A DNA stretch of 64,000 nt from positions 256,001 to 320,000 of the forward strand of contig BK006938.2 in NCBI GenBank assembly GCA_000146045.2, read 5' to 3'. A program made the position numbers and the translations under genes. The DNA comes from TPA_inf: Saccharomyces (Eukaryota). The first letter of the stretch is position 1, and each line of letters opens with the position of its first letter. Below the pieces are notes generated by a model, which saw only the letters and a program-made list of their open reading frames with translations, did no database searches and was not told the DNA's origin. Positions 47,211 to 59,018 of the stretch are shown here, piece by piece.

Positions 47211-48848
47211 ATGCTGCCCAGACTTGGTTTTGCGAGGACTGCTAGGTCCATACACCGTTTCAAGATGACCCAGATCTCTAAACCTTTTTTCCATTCCACT
47301 GAAGTTGGTAAGCCCGGACCACAGCAGAAGCTATCGAAATCTTACACTGCGGTATTCAAGAAATGGTTTGTCAGAGGTTTAAAGTTAACCTTTTACACGA
47401 CGTTGGCCGGCACATTGTATGTGTCATACGAGCTGTACAAAGAATCGAACCCACCCAAACAGGTTCCCCAATCGACCGCTTTTGCTAATGGTTTGAAAAA
47501 GAAGGAGCTGGTTATTTTGGGTACAGGCTGGGGCGCCATATCTCTTTTGAAGAAATTAGACACGTCTTTGTATAACGTGACCGTGGTGTCGCCAAGAAGC
47601 TTCTTTTTGTTCACACCGTTATTACCCTCAACGCCTGTGGGTACGATAGAGATGAAGTCTATTGTCGAACCGGTTAGATCGATCGCTAGAAGAACGCCTG
47701 GAGAAGTTCACTACATTGAGGCGGAAGCGTTGGACGTTGATCCAAAGGCCAAAAAAGTAATGGTGCAATCGGTGTCAGAGGACGAATATTTCGTTTCGAG
47801 CTTAAGTTACGATTATCTTGTTGTTAGTGTAGGCGCTAAAACCACTACTTTTAACATTCCCGGGGTCTATGGCAATGCTAACTTCTTGAAAGAGATTGAA
47901 GATGCTCAAAATATTCGTATGAAGTTAATGAAAACCATAGAACAGGCAAGTTCATTTCCTGTGAACGATCCGGAAAGGAAGCGATTATTAACGTTCGTGG
48001 TTGTTGGAGGGGGCCCTACGGGGGTTGAATTTGCCGCCGAACTGCAAGATTACATCAATCAAGATTTGAGGAAGTGGATGCCCGACTTAAGTAAAGAAAT
48101 GAAGGTTATCTTAATTGAAGCCCTGCCTAATATCCTAAACATGTTCGATAAGACGTTGATCAAGTATGCCGAGGACCTTTTTGCCAGAGATGAAATTGAC
48201 TTGCAAGTGAATACTGCCGTGAAAGTCGTAGAGCCAACCTATATACGCACTCTGCAAAACGGCCAAACAAACACGGATATCGAATACGGGATGCTGGTTT
48301 GGGCCACGGGAAATGAACCAATCGATTTTTCAAAGACACTGATGAGTAGAATACCGGAGCAAACTAATAGGCGTGGTCTGTTAATTAATGACAAGTTGGA
48401 GCTTCTCGGTTCTGAGAATTCGATTTATGCAATTGGTGATTGTACCGCACACACGGGTTTCTTTCCCACGGCACAAGTTGCACATCAGGAAGGCGAATAC
48501 TTGGCCAAGATCTTGGATAAAAAATTACAGATAGAACAATTGGAATGGGACATGCTCAACAGTACCGATGAAACTGAGGTATCACGTCTACAAAAAGAGG
48601 TTAATTTGAGGAAATCTAAGTTGGATAAGTTCAACTACAAGCATATGGGTGCCCTTGCGTACATCGGCTCTGAAACCGCAATTGCAGATTTGCATATGGG
48701 CGACTCATCATACCAGTTGAAAGGTATGTTTGCCTTCTTGTTTTGGAAATCCGCTTATTTGGCCATGTGTCTCTCTATCAGGAATAGGATTTTAATTGCC
48801 ATGGACTGGACCAAAGTTTACTTTCTTGGAAGGGATTCCTCCGTGTAG
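47211..48848 (+). CDS. NDE2: Mitochondrial external NADH dehydrogenase, type II NADH:ubiquinone oxidoreductase (545 aa)
   Basis: Two Rossmann dinucleotide motifs ([18 protein letters not shown]). NDH-2 family. 545 aa. Confidence 0.85.
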   Translation: MLPRLGFARTARSIHRFKMTQISKPFFHSTEVGKPGPQQKLSKSYTAVFKKWFVRGLKLTFYTTLAGTLYVSYELYKESNPPKQVPQSTAFANGLKKKELVILGTGWGAISLLKKLDTSLYNVTVVSPRSFFLFTPLLPSTPVGTIEMKSIVEPVRSIARRTPGEVHYIEAEALDVDPKAKKVMVQSVSEDEYFVSSLSYDYLVVSVGAKTTTFNIPGVYGNANFLKEIEDAQNIRMKLMKTIEQASSFPVNDPERKRLLTFVVVGGGPTGVEFAAELQDYINQDLRKWMPDLSKEMKVILIEALPNILNMFDKTLIKYAEDLFARDEIDLQVNTAVKVVEPTYIRTLQNGQTNTDIEYGMLVWATGNEPIDFSKTLMSRIPEQTNRRGLLINDKLELLGSENSIYAIGDCTAHTGFFPTAQVAHQEGEYLAKILDKKLQIEQLEWDMLNSTDETEVSRLQKEVNLRKSKLDKFNYKHMGALAYIGSETAIADLHMGDSSYQLKGMFAFLFWKSAYLAMCLSIRNRILIAMDWTKVYFLGRDSSV

Positions 48849-49236
48849 TCCTTGTTTTATATATTCATTGTTCCAATTCAAATTGTTTACTATCATTTAC
48901 GTATTATAACCAGTATTTCCCTTTATTGGTCATGGAAGATTCGCGTTACCCTTACTCGTTAACAGTGATATTATTTGTATATGTGATGAAAATTTAAGAA
49001 AAAAATAGTCGACAACACGCCGAATAAACAAAGGGTTTCTTCAATACCTGATATAGTAGCTAGAGGGCAGAAGTTTGAGGTGATATCTTTCTGAGTGTTG
49101 TTATTTTTGTAAGTCGTAACACGGAACTGTTTGCCTGTTGGAATTTTACGTTACTATTCTCATCGGTATAACTAGCTTATATTCACTTTGGCAATAGGTT
49201 AAAAAAAGCTCGTTCATTTTTTTAAAAACAGCAACG

Positions 49237-50577
49237 ATGTCACACGAAGGTGAAGAAGATTTATTGGAGTACTCCGATAACGAACAAGAAATTCAAATTG
49301 ATGCCTCTAAGGCCGCTGAAGCTGGAGAAACTGGCGCCGCCACTTCTGCAACTGAAGGTGATAATAATAACAACACTGCAGCTGGCGACAAGAAAGGTTC
49401 CTATGTTGGTATCCATTCCACCGGTTTCAAAGATTTCTTGCTAAAGCCAGAACTATCAAGAGCCATCATTGACTGTGGTTTTGAACATCCTTCTGAGGTC
49501 CAGCAACATACCATTCCTCAGTCAATTCATGGTACCGATGTCTTGTGTCAAGCAAAGTCTGGTTTAGGTAAGACAGCTGTCTTTGTCTTATCCACTCTGC
49601 AACAATTGGACCCTGTTCCAGGTGAAGTTGCCGTTGTTGTCATTTGTAATGCTAGAGAACTGGCCTATCAAATTCGTAACGAGTATTTGAGATTTTCCAA
49701 ATATATGCCAGACGTTAAGACAGCAGTCTTTTACGGTGGTACTCCAATTTCTAAGGATGCTGAACTTTTAAAGAATAAAGATACTGCTCCTCACATTGTT
49801 GTTGCAACTCCAGGTCGTTTAAAAGCGTTAGTGAGAGAAAAATACATTGATTTGTCACACGTCAAGAACTTTGTCATAGATGAATGTGATAAGGTTTTAG
49901 AAGAATTAGACATGAGAAGAGATGTGCAAGAAATTTTCAGAGCTACTCCAAGAGACAAACAAGTCATGATGTTTTCAGCCACACTTTCTCAAGAAATTAG
50001 ACCAATTTGTAGACGCTTCTTACAGAATCCATTGGAAATTTTCGTCGATGATGAAGCTAAGCTAACCTTGCACGGGTTGCAACAATATTATATCAAATTA
50101 GAAGAACGTGAAAAGAACCGTAAATTGGCTCAATTATTAGATGATTTGGAGTTCAATCAAGTCATTATTTTCGTTAAATCTACCACAAGAGCTAATGAGT
50201 TGACCAAACTATTAAACGCCTCTAACTTTCCGGCTATCACCGTTCATGGTCATATGAAACAAGAAGAACGTATTGCTCGTTACAAGGCTTTCAAAGATTT
50301 TGAAAAACGTATTTGCGTGTCCACAGATGTTTTTGGTAGAGGTATCGATATTGAACGTATTAATTTAGCCATCAATTACGATTTGACTAATGAAGCTGAC
50401 CAATATTTACATCGTGTCGGTAGAGCTGGTAGATTTGGTACTAAGGGTTTGGCTATTTCATTCGTTTCTTCAAAGGAAGATGAGGAAGTCTTGGCTAAGA
50501 TCCAAGAGCGTTTCGATGTCAAAATCGCTGAATTCCCAGAAGAAGGCATTGATCCGTCCACTTATTTGAATAATTAA
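49237..50577 (+). CDS. SUB2: DECD-box RNA helicase of TREX/spliceosome, UAP56 ortholog (446 aa)
   Basis: Helicase motifs [23 protein letters not shown]. 446 aa. Confidence 0.95.
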   Translation: MSHEGEEDLLEYSDNEQEIQIDASKAAEAGETGAATSATEGDNNNNTAAGDKKGSYVGIHSTGFKDFLLKPELSRAIIDCGFEHPSEVQQHTIPQSIHGTDVLCQAKSGLGKTAVFVLSTLQQLDPVPGEVAVVVICNARELAYQIRNEYLRFSKYMPDVKTAVFYGGTPISKDAELLKNKDTAPHIVVATPGRLKALVREKYIDLSHVKNFVIDECDKVLEELDMRRDVQEIFRATPRDKQVMMFSATLSQEIRPICRRFLQNPLEIFVDDEAKLTLHGLQQYYIKLEEREKNRKLAQLLDDLEFNQVIIFVKSTTRANELTKLLNASNFPAITVHGHMKQEERIARYKAFKDFEKRICVSTDVFGRGIDIERINLAINYDLTNEADQYLHRVGRAGRFGTKGLAISFVSSKEDEEVLAKIQERFDVKIAEFPEEGIDPSTYLNN

Positions 50578-50925
50578 TAAAGGAAAAAAGATACGTTTTT
50601 ATATAGATTATATAAAGATTTTGTATTATTCAAACGAACAAAACAAACAAAAAAGGGGAAGTGGAAAAAAATTAGCAGTTATAGCGAAAGATTGAGTTTT
50701 TGTTGGAAAATGAACGTAGTGTAGTCATTTCGTGAACGCACAAGACAATTCTATTGGGCATCACATGGCAAAGCATGATAAGGAAATGAAGTTTTGGGAA
50801 TGATTCTAAATTAACGTTTTACCCGTTATAGGAAGATATACAGTATATGTAAGTAAAAAGTTTTTTAATACAATAGATGTGCAAAGAAAAGTGAAGAGAT
50901 TTCTGGAAAAAATCTTGAAATTTTC

Positions 50926-51333
50926 TTAACGGTAAGATTTTTGGAATCTAGAACGAGCACCCTTACCACCGAATTTCTTTGGTTCTGGTCTTCTAGAATC
51001 AGCGATCAACAAAGTTCTGTCGTAAGAGGTGAAGGCCTTCTTCAATTCGTTCTTGGATTGTTCGTCAACGTACTTTTGGTGGTAAGCGACTAAACCCTTA
51101 GCAATAGCTTGTCTGATGGCGTAGACTTGAGAAACATGACCACCACCAGTGACTCTAACTCTGATATCGATGTTGGAGAACTTGTCCAAACCAACCAACA
51201 ATAATGGTTCGTAGACCTTGAATCTTAGGATTTCTGGTTCAACCAAAGTGATTGGAGAACCGTTGACCTTAATCAAACCCTTACCGGCCTTGACGTGGGC
51301 AACAGCGGTAGCTGATTTCTTCTTACCAAAAGT
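50926..51333 (-). CDS. RPS16B: RPS16B exon 2 (ribosomal protein S16/uS9)
   Basis: Translation [19 protein letters not shown]...RSRFQKSYR. Acceptor CAG immediately upstream at 51334-51336 (minus strand). Confidence 0.9.
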   Translation of the reverse strand, partial: TFGKKKSATAVAHVKAGKGLIKVNGSPITLVEPEILRFKVYEPLLLVGLDKFSNIDIRVRVTGGGHVSQVYAIRQAIAKGLVAYHQKYVDEQSKNELKKAFTSYDRTLLIADSRRPEPKKFGGKGARSRFQKSYR

Positions 51334-51765
51334 CTGTTATAAAACCAAAAATGAAAAACATTTCGTGTCACATGTTAGTAAAACAGAAATTCAAAATCCT
51401 CAAAAATATTATGAACTGTGTAAAAGGGTGAAACAAGTGAGGTACCCTGGCACTTCCTCTTTGGAGCATTCTGTTCAAAATTCATTGCAAGGGGAGCGAA
51501 TGAATAAATAAGACCGCAAAAGACGCTCATTACTTTACTCCACAGAGAAATTAAGTATAATATTTTCCCACACAATTTATTGGTTATTTCTACTCGGTCT
51601 TTAACGTGTGAAATGGTGATCCGTTGTTCTAAAACTATGATTCGCATCTAGTGCTTGCCCCACCCGTCTTATTCAGGTGATATGGTTCTTAAATTGAAAT
51701 TATCTCACTGCATGGTTTCAATATCCCTCACAAATTCGTGACATCGTTTAAATTATTTAACATAC
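51334..51765 (-). other. RPS16B: RPS16B intron (432 nt)
   Basis: The donor GTATG, read on the minus strand, lies at 51765-51761. The acceptor YAG lies at 51336-51334. Joining the 24-nt exon 1 to exon 2 gives a 143-aa uS9. Confidence 0.8.
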
Positions 51766-51789
51766 TTGGACACTTGGGACGGCAGACAT
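51766..51789 (-). CDS. RPS16B: RPS16B exon 1 (24 nt, MSAVPSVQ)
   Basis: ATG at 51789-51787 (minus strand). It is followed directly by the GTATG donor. Confidence 0.85.
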
Positions 51790-52141
51790 CTTGTTGCTTA
51801 TTCTCTTGCTGTATTTTTCGAAACACTGCTAAATAAAAAGGTATATATTAAATAGTCTACTGCGTAACCTATACATTTTACATGGCATTTACTTTTGACT
51901 TTGCCAGTGTTACTCTCTGCGCTAGGATAATATTCGGTGGTATAGGCTCACGCGGCCTGGCCGGAACGAACTGCTACCAGTTCTGTTTCCCTCAGCTAGA
52001 GGGAAACAGAGAGAATTTCCGCCCAGGTCAAAGGCCACAGCATCCTTCTAGAGGAGGAGCGACAACCTAAGGAAAATTCAGTTTTTCCTAGATCGCATAC
52101 ATTTTTCAACCACTTTTTTTCACAATGCATTATTTTTCAAC

Positions 52142-52154
52142 ATGTATGGGTGTT
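52142..52154 (-). promoter_or_regulatory. Rap1 binding site (reverse complement AACACCCATACAT) in the RPS16B/RPL13A divergent promoter
   Basis: Perfect match to the ribosomal-protein-gene Rap1 consensus ACACCCATACAT. Confidence 0.7.
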
Positions 52155-52202
52155 TTTTCTGAATATCAGACTCTTTTATGGAGTAAAACAAGCTATTAAT
52201 AT

Positions 52203-52217
52203 GTGACCCATACATTT
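52203..52217 (+). promoter_or_regulatory. Second Rap1-like site (GTGACCCATACATTT)
   Basis: Near-consensus Rap1 site 50 bp from the first. Paired Rap1 sites are typical of RP promoters. Confidence 0.6.
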
Positions 52218-52423
52218 CCTGTTACATCCTTACATATATGCAGGCAATTTTTTGTAGTTAGAAAATTTAATTTTTTTCTAGTCGGAATAATCACAGTAGA
52301 GGTGTGGAAATCTTGGAAAATTTGAAATGATCGGATATTAGCTACTAATCCATTTAAGCTTGCAGCATTCTGTTCGAAGGGGTTTGAGAAAAGCATAGTA
52401 CAGCACAGCAGGAATCGTACACA

Positions 52424-52427
52424 ATGG
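52424..52427 (+). CDS. RPL13A: RPL13A exon 1 (ATGG only, 4 nt)
   Basis: ATGG followed by GTATGT at 52428. Classic ribosomal-protein-gene micro-exon. Confidence 0.8.
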
Positions 52428-52792
52428 GTATGTCTACTATAAAATAATTCAAATCACTTTTGTCATTTCATAGACCAAAGAAGCTCGCTTGTTACCTTAG
52501 AGGATTATACTAGTGCACAAAGGCATGCATAATACAACACACGTTATTGATGAACCTAGAGAGGCTAAAGTTATTTTCTAATAAATCATGAGATTTTTCT
52601 CCTTTTTACAATAACTGAGCAGTCATAGTAATGGCCAAGCAAATTCGAGACAGGACCTTTGTACCACTATTTGCTGAACTCATTGTTAGAGTCTTCTTAG
52701 ATAATATGATAAATTTGGTGTCTAATTGAAACGTCCACTTTTCTGTATACTAACAATTTTTAAAATGGGATCTACCAATTGAATTATATCAG
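52428..52792 (+). other. RPL13A: RPL13A intron (365 nt)
   Basis: GTATGT donor at 52428, TACTAAC at 52748-52754, acceptor CAG ending at 52792. The splice gives [32 protein letters not shown]... Confidence 0.8.
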
Positions 52793-53388
52793 CCATTTCC
52801 AAGAATTTACCAATCTTAAAGAATCATTTCAGAAAGCACTGGCAAGAACGTGTTAAAGTGCACTTCGACCAAGCTGGTAAGAAGGTTTCTAGACGTAATG
52901 CTAGAGCTACCAGAGCCGCTAAGATTGCTCCAAGACCTCTAGATCTCTTGAGACCTGTTGTTAGAGCCCCAACTGTTAAGTATAACAGAAAGGTCAGAGC
53001 TGGCAGAGGTTTCACCTTGGCTGAAGTTAAGGCCGCTGGTTTGACTGCTGCTTATGCCAGAACTATCGGTATCGCCGTTGACCACAGACGTCAAAACAGA
53101 AACCAAGAAATCTTTGATGCTAACGTTCAAAGATTAAAGGAATACCAATCTAAGATTATTGTTTTCCCAAGAAATGGTAAGGCCCCAGAAGCTGAACAAG
53201 TTTTGTCTGCTGCTGCTACTTTCCCAATTGCTCAACCAGCTACCGATGTTGAAGCTAGAGCTGTCCAAGACAATGGTGAATCTGCTTTCAGAACCTTGAG
53301 ATTAGCCAGATCTGAGAAGAAATTCAGAGGTATCAGAGAAAAGAGAGCTAGAGAAAAGGCTGAAGCTGAAGCTGAAAAGAAGAAATAG
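52793..53388 (+). CDS. RPL13A: RPL13A exon 2 (ribosomal protein L13/eL13). Total CDS 199 aa.
   Basis: 4+596 nt gives 199 codons plus stop. The eL13 sequence is unmistakable. Confidence 0.9.
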
Positions 53389-53801
53389 ATCTAAAAACTT
53401 CATCAAAGAATTTTTCATCCACAATTTTTGTATTTTCCTTCTTTTTTATCTGTTCAATTTCATAAATAATATATATGTACAATGTATAAACGGGAAGCCA
53501 TCACTTATAATTTATCATTTCCTTAACTTTATAGTCTGGGTGAGAATATGGTTGACAGTATTTTTACAAGTTAGCGCAGTTTTCTTGATATGATGGAACA
53601 TTATTGTATTAGTAGTAGTCAGGTTTGCAGGCTTTTCCTTCGAGCACAACGTGGCATTATATATAGCATAGAAGAGATGCGAAAGATGGTATTGAACAAA
53701 AAGAAAGTACTGTCTTATTGTATTAAAAGCGACTATATAGAAAAATTATAAAAAATTTTAAATGTTAGAATATGCAATTTCTTCTAAACAGTGCGGCACT
53801 T

Positions 53802-54122
53802 CTAATCAAATAAACCGAAACCCATGTCGTCATCGGATTCTTCTTTAGCTTCTTCTTCTTCCTTTTCAGCTTCGGCTTCACCGGCTTCACCACCAGCGAC
53901 ACCACCAGCGACACCAGCTGGGGCAGCAGCACCAGCGCTGAAGTTGACCAATAAGTCCTTCAAGTTTTGGCCGTCCAAAGCCTTAGCAAAAATATCAGCC
54001 CAGATATTTTCAACTGGGACATTGGCAGCGTTAGTCAAAGTCAACAACTTTTCAGAAGAGATTTCGATTTCAGAGTCAGCCAAAATCAAGGCGGCGTAAG
54101 ACAAAGCGGATTCAGTAGACAT
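53802..54122 (-). CDS. RPP1A: Acidic ribosomal stalk protein P1 alpha (106 aa)
   Basis: P1/P2 family with Ala/Gly-rich hinge and conserved acidic C-terminus [13 protein letters not shown]. 106 aa. Confidence 0.9.
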   Translation of the reverse strand: MSTESALSYAALILADSEIEISSEKLLTLTNAANVPVENIWADIFAKALDGQNLKDLLVNFSAGAAAPAGVAGGVAGGEAGEAEAEKEEEEAKEESDDDMGFGLFD

Positions 54123-54641
54123 TTCTTCTTGTTATTTTAGAGATAATCGGTTTAAGCTGTTGTATTGGACAAAGCGGACTATTTCTTTATTCTTTTGATT
54201 TCTTTTACTAAAAATTATTCAGAACAGAAGAGATCGCAAACTTTATAAAGATATTTTTTTCAAATACCATGTAAAGGCATTCTTTAAAAAATGAAAAAAA
54301 AAAAATCATTACAAAGTTGCGTGGTATCATCTTACGATATTCGTACCTCACGATATGTAGCAGACATAGATGAGGCTACAGGGTTAAGGCTTCTTTTAAA
54401 TGAAGTATTAGACAAGATACTAGAGTTTAATAAGATCACGTATGGTAATGTTATTTCTTGCTGTGACAATTTTAGAAACAGAAGGCATGTGAGTTTTCAT
54501 ATTACATTAATTAAATGAAATTTTTATAAGCTAGGCTACTGTTCAGCGAATAAATATTTTCAAGCCAGTTTTATGAGGCAGGAAACGTCGCATTCGAGCG
54601 GTAATCATGAGGGTCCCTGGTAGTAGGGCGGAGAGATCAGA

Positions 54642-56471
54642 TCAGTATCCAACTTGATTTTTTTTTAGAAGTGGTTGGAATTCTGGAGTTGGCGTATTTA
54701 CTGCGCTAGAATTTTCGTTCTCCTCTTGCACTTGTTTGCTCTGTTCTTTTTCTACCACCCACCTGTCAAGCAGAGCCTGTGGAACATCCCTTGGTGGTAG
54801 CATAATCTCTATCATCCGAATTTTGTCATTGGTCGCAAAGTTTGGGTCACTGATCATGGATCTGAATTCTCCAACAGTAATAATTTTTTTCGTTTCGTAG
54901 TTCGTGCAACCAAATACTCGCAATAATCCCAAGTAGTTCCAAGGTTGGATATCGTAATAACTAGCATCTGACCTGTGATGCAAAAACCTGTCCACAGAGT
55001 AACCTTGGTTATTCATCACAAAAATATAAGGTGTCAATCCCCACTTAACAATTGTGGATAATTCTTGAACTGTCAATTGGAAAGCACCGTCACCCATAAA
55101 CAGAATAACTCTATGTTTAGTTGCGGGGAATTTATCCTTGTTTATCTCTTGAACAGCAAATTCTGCCCCAAGACACGCCCCCATTGTATATCCGACAGAT
55201 CCCCAAAGAGCTTGCGAAATACCTAGTGTATTTACCGGAAATCTGGTCTGGTTAACTCCAAATGCAGAAGCACCAGTTTCTGTTATGATTATGTCACCTG
55301 GTTGGAACCAATGGGATATTTCATTCCAGACCCATTCTTGTCTCAAGAGGACATTTCCTGCTGGGTAAGGTCTTGGAACCATCATACTGGGTTGTTCGCT
55401 TGGTTGGTAAGACAGTTTAGATTCATCAAGATTTGCTAATATTTTCTGTAGTAGTAATTTAATGCTCAAGTCAGGATATGTGGCATTTTTCAATTTCACA
55501 GATGTAGAATATAGTAGCGCACAATTCTTAGTTTTATATTGGAAGTGGAAAGTTGACGTGCTGAATTCGGAGAGCATGCAACCAATGACGATGATAAAAT
55601 CGGCAAAATCAACTACTTCTCTTACTTCTGGGGCTGATATCGAGCCCGTGAATACGCCCCCAAATTGCGGGTCTGTTTCGTTTACTGTACCCTTACCCAT
55701 AGGTGTAACAAAAACTGGAAATTTAAGCCTATTACAAAGCTCTTTAGTCTCCTCGATTAAATTCTGTCGACTAGTACATGCATCTACGATGATTGCCGGA
55801 TTCTGGCTTTTGTATATAAAACTCAATATTCGAGAAATAACTTCTTTCTCTACGTCTGGGTCGTTTTTATGCAATTGTAAATCCAGAGGTGTATTAAGCC
55901 TTGCTGATTCAATCGGGAGATTTACCTGGTTGACAGGCATGCCCATGTATACTGGCCTCTGTTCTATCCAAGCCTTTTTGATGCACTTATCGACTTCGTC
56001 GGCACATAATTCAGAGTCAATAATCAATGTTGTATAGCATGCTACATCACTGGCTATTCTATGAAATACCGTGAAATCACCATTGCCCAGAGTATGATGC
56101 AGTAGTAGTTGTTTCGTTTGTGCACTTGTTGGCGGCATACCCACTATGTGAAGTATTCCTACATGTTCAGCGTAAGATCCGGCCACGCCATTGATTGCCG
56201 ATAATTCGCCTACACCAAAGGTTGTTATGAGACATCCCAAGCCTTTTAGTCGTGAGTATCCATCTGCTGCGTAGGCAGCATTTAACTCATTAGAATTACC
56301 GGCCCATCGTAAGTTCGGAATGTTGTATAGTTTATCCAGCAACGGCATGCTAAATTCTCCGGAGAGTCCAAATATGGTATGTATGTTCAGCTGGTTGAGC
56401 CGATGGAAAAGATAATCTGATATTGCTATACACTTCGGCAGTGCATATCTCTGTGTATAGCTAGAATTCAT
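54642..56471 (-). CDS. THI3: Thiamine-pyrophosphate-dependent 2-oxo-acid decarboxylase-like regulatory protein (609 aa)
   Basis: TPP-enzyme family, PDC-like, with GDGAFQLTVQELST TPP-binding motif. 609 aa. Confidence 0.85.
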   Translation of the reverse strand: MNSSYTQRYALPKCIAISDYLFHRLNQLNIHTIFGLSGEFSMPLLDKLYNIPNLRWAGNSNELNAAYAADGYSRLKGLGCLITTFGVGELSAINGVAGSYAEHVGILHIVGMPPTSAQTKQLLLHHTLGNGDFTVFHRIASDVACYTTLIIDSELCADEVDKCIKKAWIEQRPVYMGMPVNQVNLPIESARLNTPLDLQLHKNDPDVEKEVISRILSFIYKSQNPAIIVDACTSRQNLIEETKELCNRLKFPVFVTPMGKGTVNETDPQFGGVFTGSISAPEVREVVDFADFIIVIGCMLSEFSTSTFHFQYKTKNCALLYSTSVKLKNATYPDLSIKLLLQKILANLDESKLSYQPSEQPSMMVPRPYPAGNVLLRQEWVWNEISHWFQPGDIIITETGASAFGVNQTRFPVNTLGISQALWGSVGYTMGACLGAEFAVQEINKDKFPATKHRVILFMGDGAFQLTVQELSTIVKWGLTPYIFVMNNQGYSVDRFLHHRSDASYYDIQPWNYLGLLRVFGCTNYETKKIITVGEFRSMISDPNFATNDKIRMIEIMLPPRDVPQALLDRWVVEKEQSKQVQEENENSSAVNTPTPEFQPLLKKNQVGY

Positions 56472-56950
56472 CTTCAGAATGACGACGGTGCGTTTTAGTA
56501 GTTATGTTCTTTCAAACCTTTTTTTTTTCGTTTTATTATATTTTACTCTTTTCTACACAATATCGATAATGAATTACGAATTTGGTGCTTACCAAAAGGT
56601 TCAAAGATTACTATGCCGTAAAGTATGAAGAAAGGGAAATTTGTTCAATGCATCGCAAGTTTCATCAATTTTTCTTCTATGTGAGTGCTTTTAGCAACTG
56701 TTTGCAATAAAGAAACATAGGAGTTCTTACAGTTGCCAAGGTTCTGCATATGCAGTCATACGCTTGTGGCCGGTGAAAATTTGGGCGACCGCTGCCTAGA
56801 AAAGCAGCAAGTGAAATTAAATGAAGGAAAGAGGACGGTCGTTATACGTTAGGTTAACTGCATACGCTGTGTATCTGTGTGCAGAAGACAAATGCATATT
56901 ATGTAATAGTAATGATACAATAGACTAAGAAATTTGAAGGATGAGATATA

Positions 56951-58044
56951 TCACAAAGACGATGAAGGTGCAGAAACAAAATGTTTCAACCGTTCTTCAA
57001 TGGCGGGCCGTTCCACAAGTGGAACATGGCCCAACTCAGTTTCCACGTCGAAGTCAAATATACGCAGGTTTTGTGCTTTTACGTAAGTGTCGGTATCACA
57101 ACGTTTGGTTTCGTCAAAATAGCTTGATAATAGACATTGTAGAGGTACCAATCTTTCGCAAGGGTGATACTTCAGAGTTTTTGTTAACAAGTCAAGAGTA
57201 TCGGGATCTTCGGCTTTGAATATTTCAGCCAAAGTAATGGGCTTGATATTGGGGAAAACATGGTCTTCATAATTTGGGTTCATTCCTGAAATTTCATCCT
57301 TTGTGGGTATGCCCATTATCTTAATAATTTCCACCAACTGATCTATACCGCTTTCACCAGAGAACAAGGGCTTGCCCAAAAGCAACTCAGCAATGACACA
57401 AGCGCTTGACCACACGTCGACCTGGTTTGAGTAATTAGTGGCACCAAACATGAGTTCGGGAGCCCTATAGTACCTTGAACAGATGTAAGACACATTAGGC
57501 TGATCCGGTTTCAAGCATTTGGCACTGCCAAAATCGCAAATCTTGAAAGAAAAAGTTGTCGGATCCACCAGTAGGTTTTGCGGTTTTATATCTCTGTGAC
57601 AGATTCGAGGAACGTTATGCAAATAGTTTAAAGCTTTGAATAGTTGGTATGCATAGAATTTAATTTCAACACGCGGCATCTGCATTTTCAAATTAACAAA
57701 ATGACGAAGCCTTTGGTATAACGACTGAGGCATGTAGTCCAAAACCAGATTGAGGTATACTTCATCTTCTTCGTCCTTTTCGTAAAAGTAGTACTGTAGA
57801 CCCACAGTATTTGGATGGCACAACATCTTCATAGTTTCGAGCTCCCTATTTTTATATCTTCTATCTTGTAGTACTTTCTTTATGGCAACTTTTTGATTGG
57901 TCTCAATTATTACAGTCGTGACTACAACACCAAATGAACCATGGCCAACCACTTCTGTCGTAGGATAACTGATGTCGATAGTTCCTCCATGATTTTTTCG
58001 GTCGACATCAGTTTTGCGGTCATGTTTATAAACCCGTTTATGAA
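56951..58044 (-). CDS. MRK1: MRK1 exon 2. GSK-3 family Ser/Thr kinase.
   Basis: GSK3 motifs ([31 protein letters not shown]). Acceptor TAG immediately upstream at 58045-58047 (minus strand). Confidence 0.85.
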
Positions 58045-58336
58045 CTAAACCTATGTTAGTATATAATGTGATTCCCATAAAAAATGGTAGTTGATGTAAT
58101 ATGGAAAAATGTTCCGCTATGCTTCCTGATATTTCGTAAGCAAGTTTCTAAGATTAGGGATGCAATTTCATAAATCTTTATTTTACACTCTCTTTTTTTT
58201 TCTTTTAATTATTTTTTTTTGTGTCGCGATACTATGAACTGACAGTAGTTCCACTATTCACTCCGGTTGTGACGAAAGAAACATTCCTCCACTGGCAAGA
58301 ACATAAAAAAAAAAAATAAAAAATAATTATACATAC
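58045..58336 (-). other. MRK1: MRK1 intron (292 nt)
   Basis: Donor GTATGT (minus strand) at 58336-58331. Branch point TACTAAC (minus strand) at 58061-58055. Acceptor at 58047-58045. The splice gives ...[15 protein letters not shown]... The intron is open in frame, which is why the ORF track reads through the donor. Confidence 0.8.
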
Positions 58337-58748
58337 TAGTCCTTTCCTTGGTTTTAATATACCTATAATCAAAATTAATCATTTTCTCAACCTTCTCTTT
58401 ACTAAGCTTGCTACTAATATTTTCGTGCTTATTGGCAACTTTTCCATCTGTTTTACTGTCCGAGATATTGGCGTGTTCAATGTGATCAACTGCAATACCC
58501 TCCTTTCCCCCGTCTATCAGTTTAGATATTATAAGATTCTCTATGTCGTTGATGTACTCTGAACTGTTATTGAAATTAGGTACAGTATGGTGAACTTGAA
58601 CGTCGCTTACCTTTTTGATTGTATCAGGCTTTCTCTTCTTCTTTTCTAGGGCAGTATTACTCTGTATAGATGTCTTGTGTTTTAGCTGAAGGTTATCTGA
58701 GTTATTGAAGGAAATCTTTCGCACTAGGCTTCTCAACACATCGGTCAT
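58337..58748 (-). CDS. MRK1: MRK1 exon 1 (412 nt). The two exons total 501 aa.
   Basis: ATG at 58748. 412+1094 nt gives 501 codons plus stop. Confidence 0.8.
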
Positions 58749-58977
58749 AGTAGACTATTTTACAATTTTCACCTCTTCAATCTTGAGATTATTTTCAAGT
58801 CCCTTCCCCGCAGTATGGTAGAAACGGAAATACTTGTATGCAGCAGGGTTCTTATAGCACCAGTATTTTTTAGAGAATGCTTATTTAAGTTGCAAGATAT
58901 AGCGACAAAAGGAGAACCAATCTTTCTCAGATCCGCCGCTGGAACAGCTCTCCGGTAGATCCTAACGGATAATGCTG

Positions 58978-59018
58978 CCCCTGGTTAGTTCCTCATCGGA
59001 CGACTTTGCTCCCAGGGG
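58978..59018. promoter_or_regulatory. Two STRE cores (CCCCT at 58978-58982, AGGGG at 59014-59018) upstream of MRK1
   Basis: Msn2/4 STRE pentamers lie about 230-270 bp upstream of the MRK1 ATG. Confidence 0.35.

Noticed and set aside
51334-51765. Possible intronic snoRNA in the RPS16B or RPL13A introns
   Set aside because: No C/D (RUGAUGA...CUGA) or H/ACA box arrangement with terminal stem is evident. These introns are not known snoRNA hosts.
51882-52070. 62-aa ORF inside the RPS16B-RPL13A divergent promoter
   Set aside because: It sits in promoter DNA between two Rap1-driven genes and has no codon-bias signal. The inverted repeat inside it is reported as a DNA/RNA feature instead.
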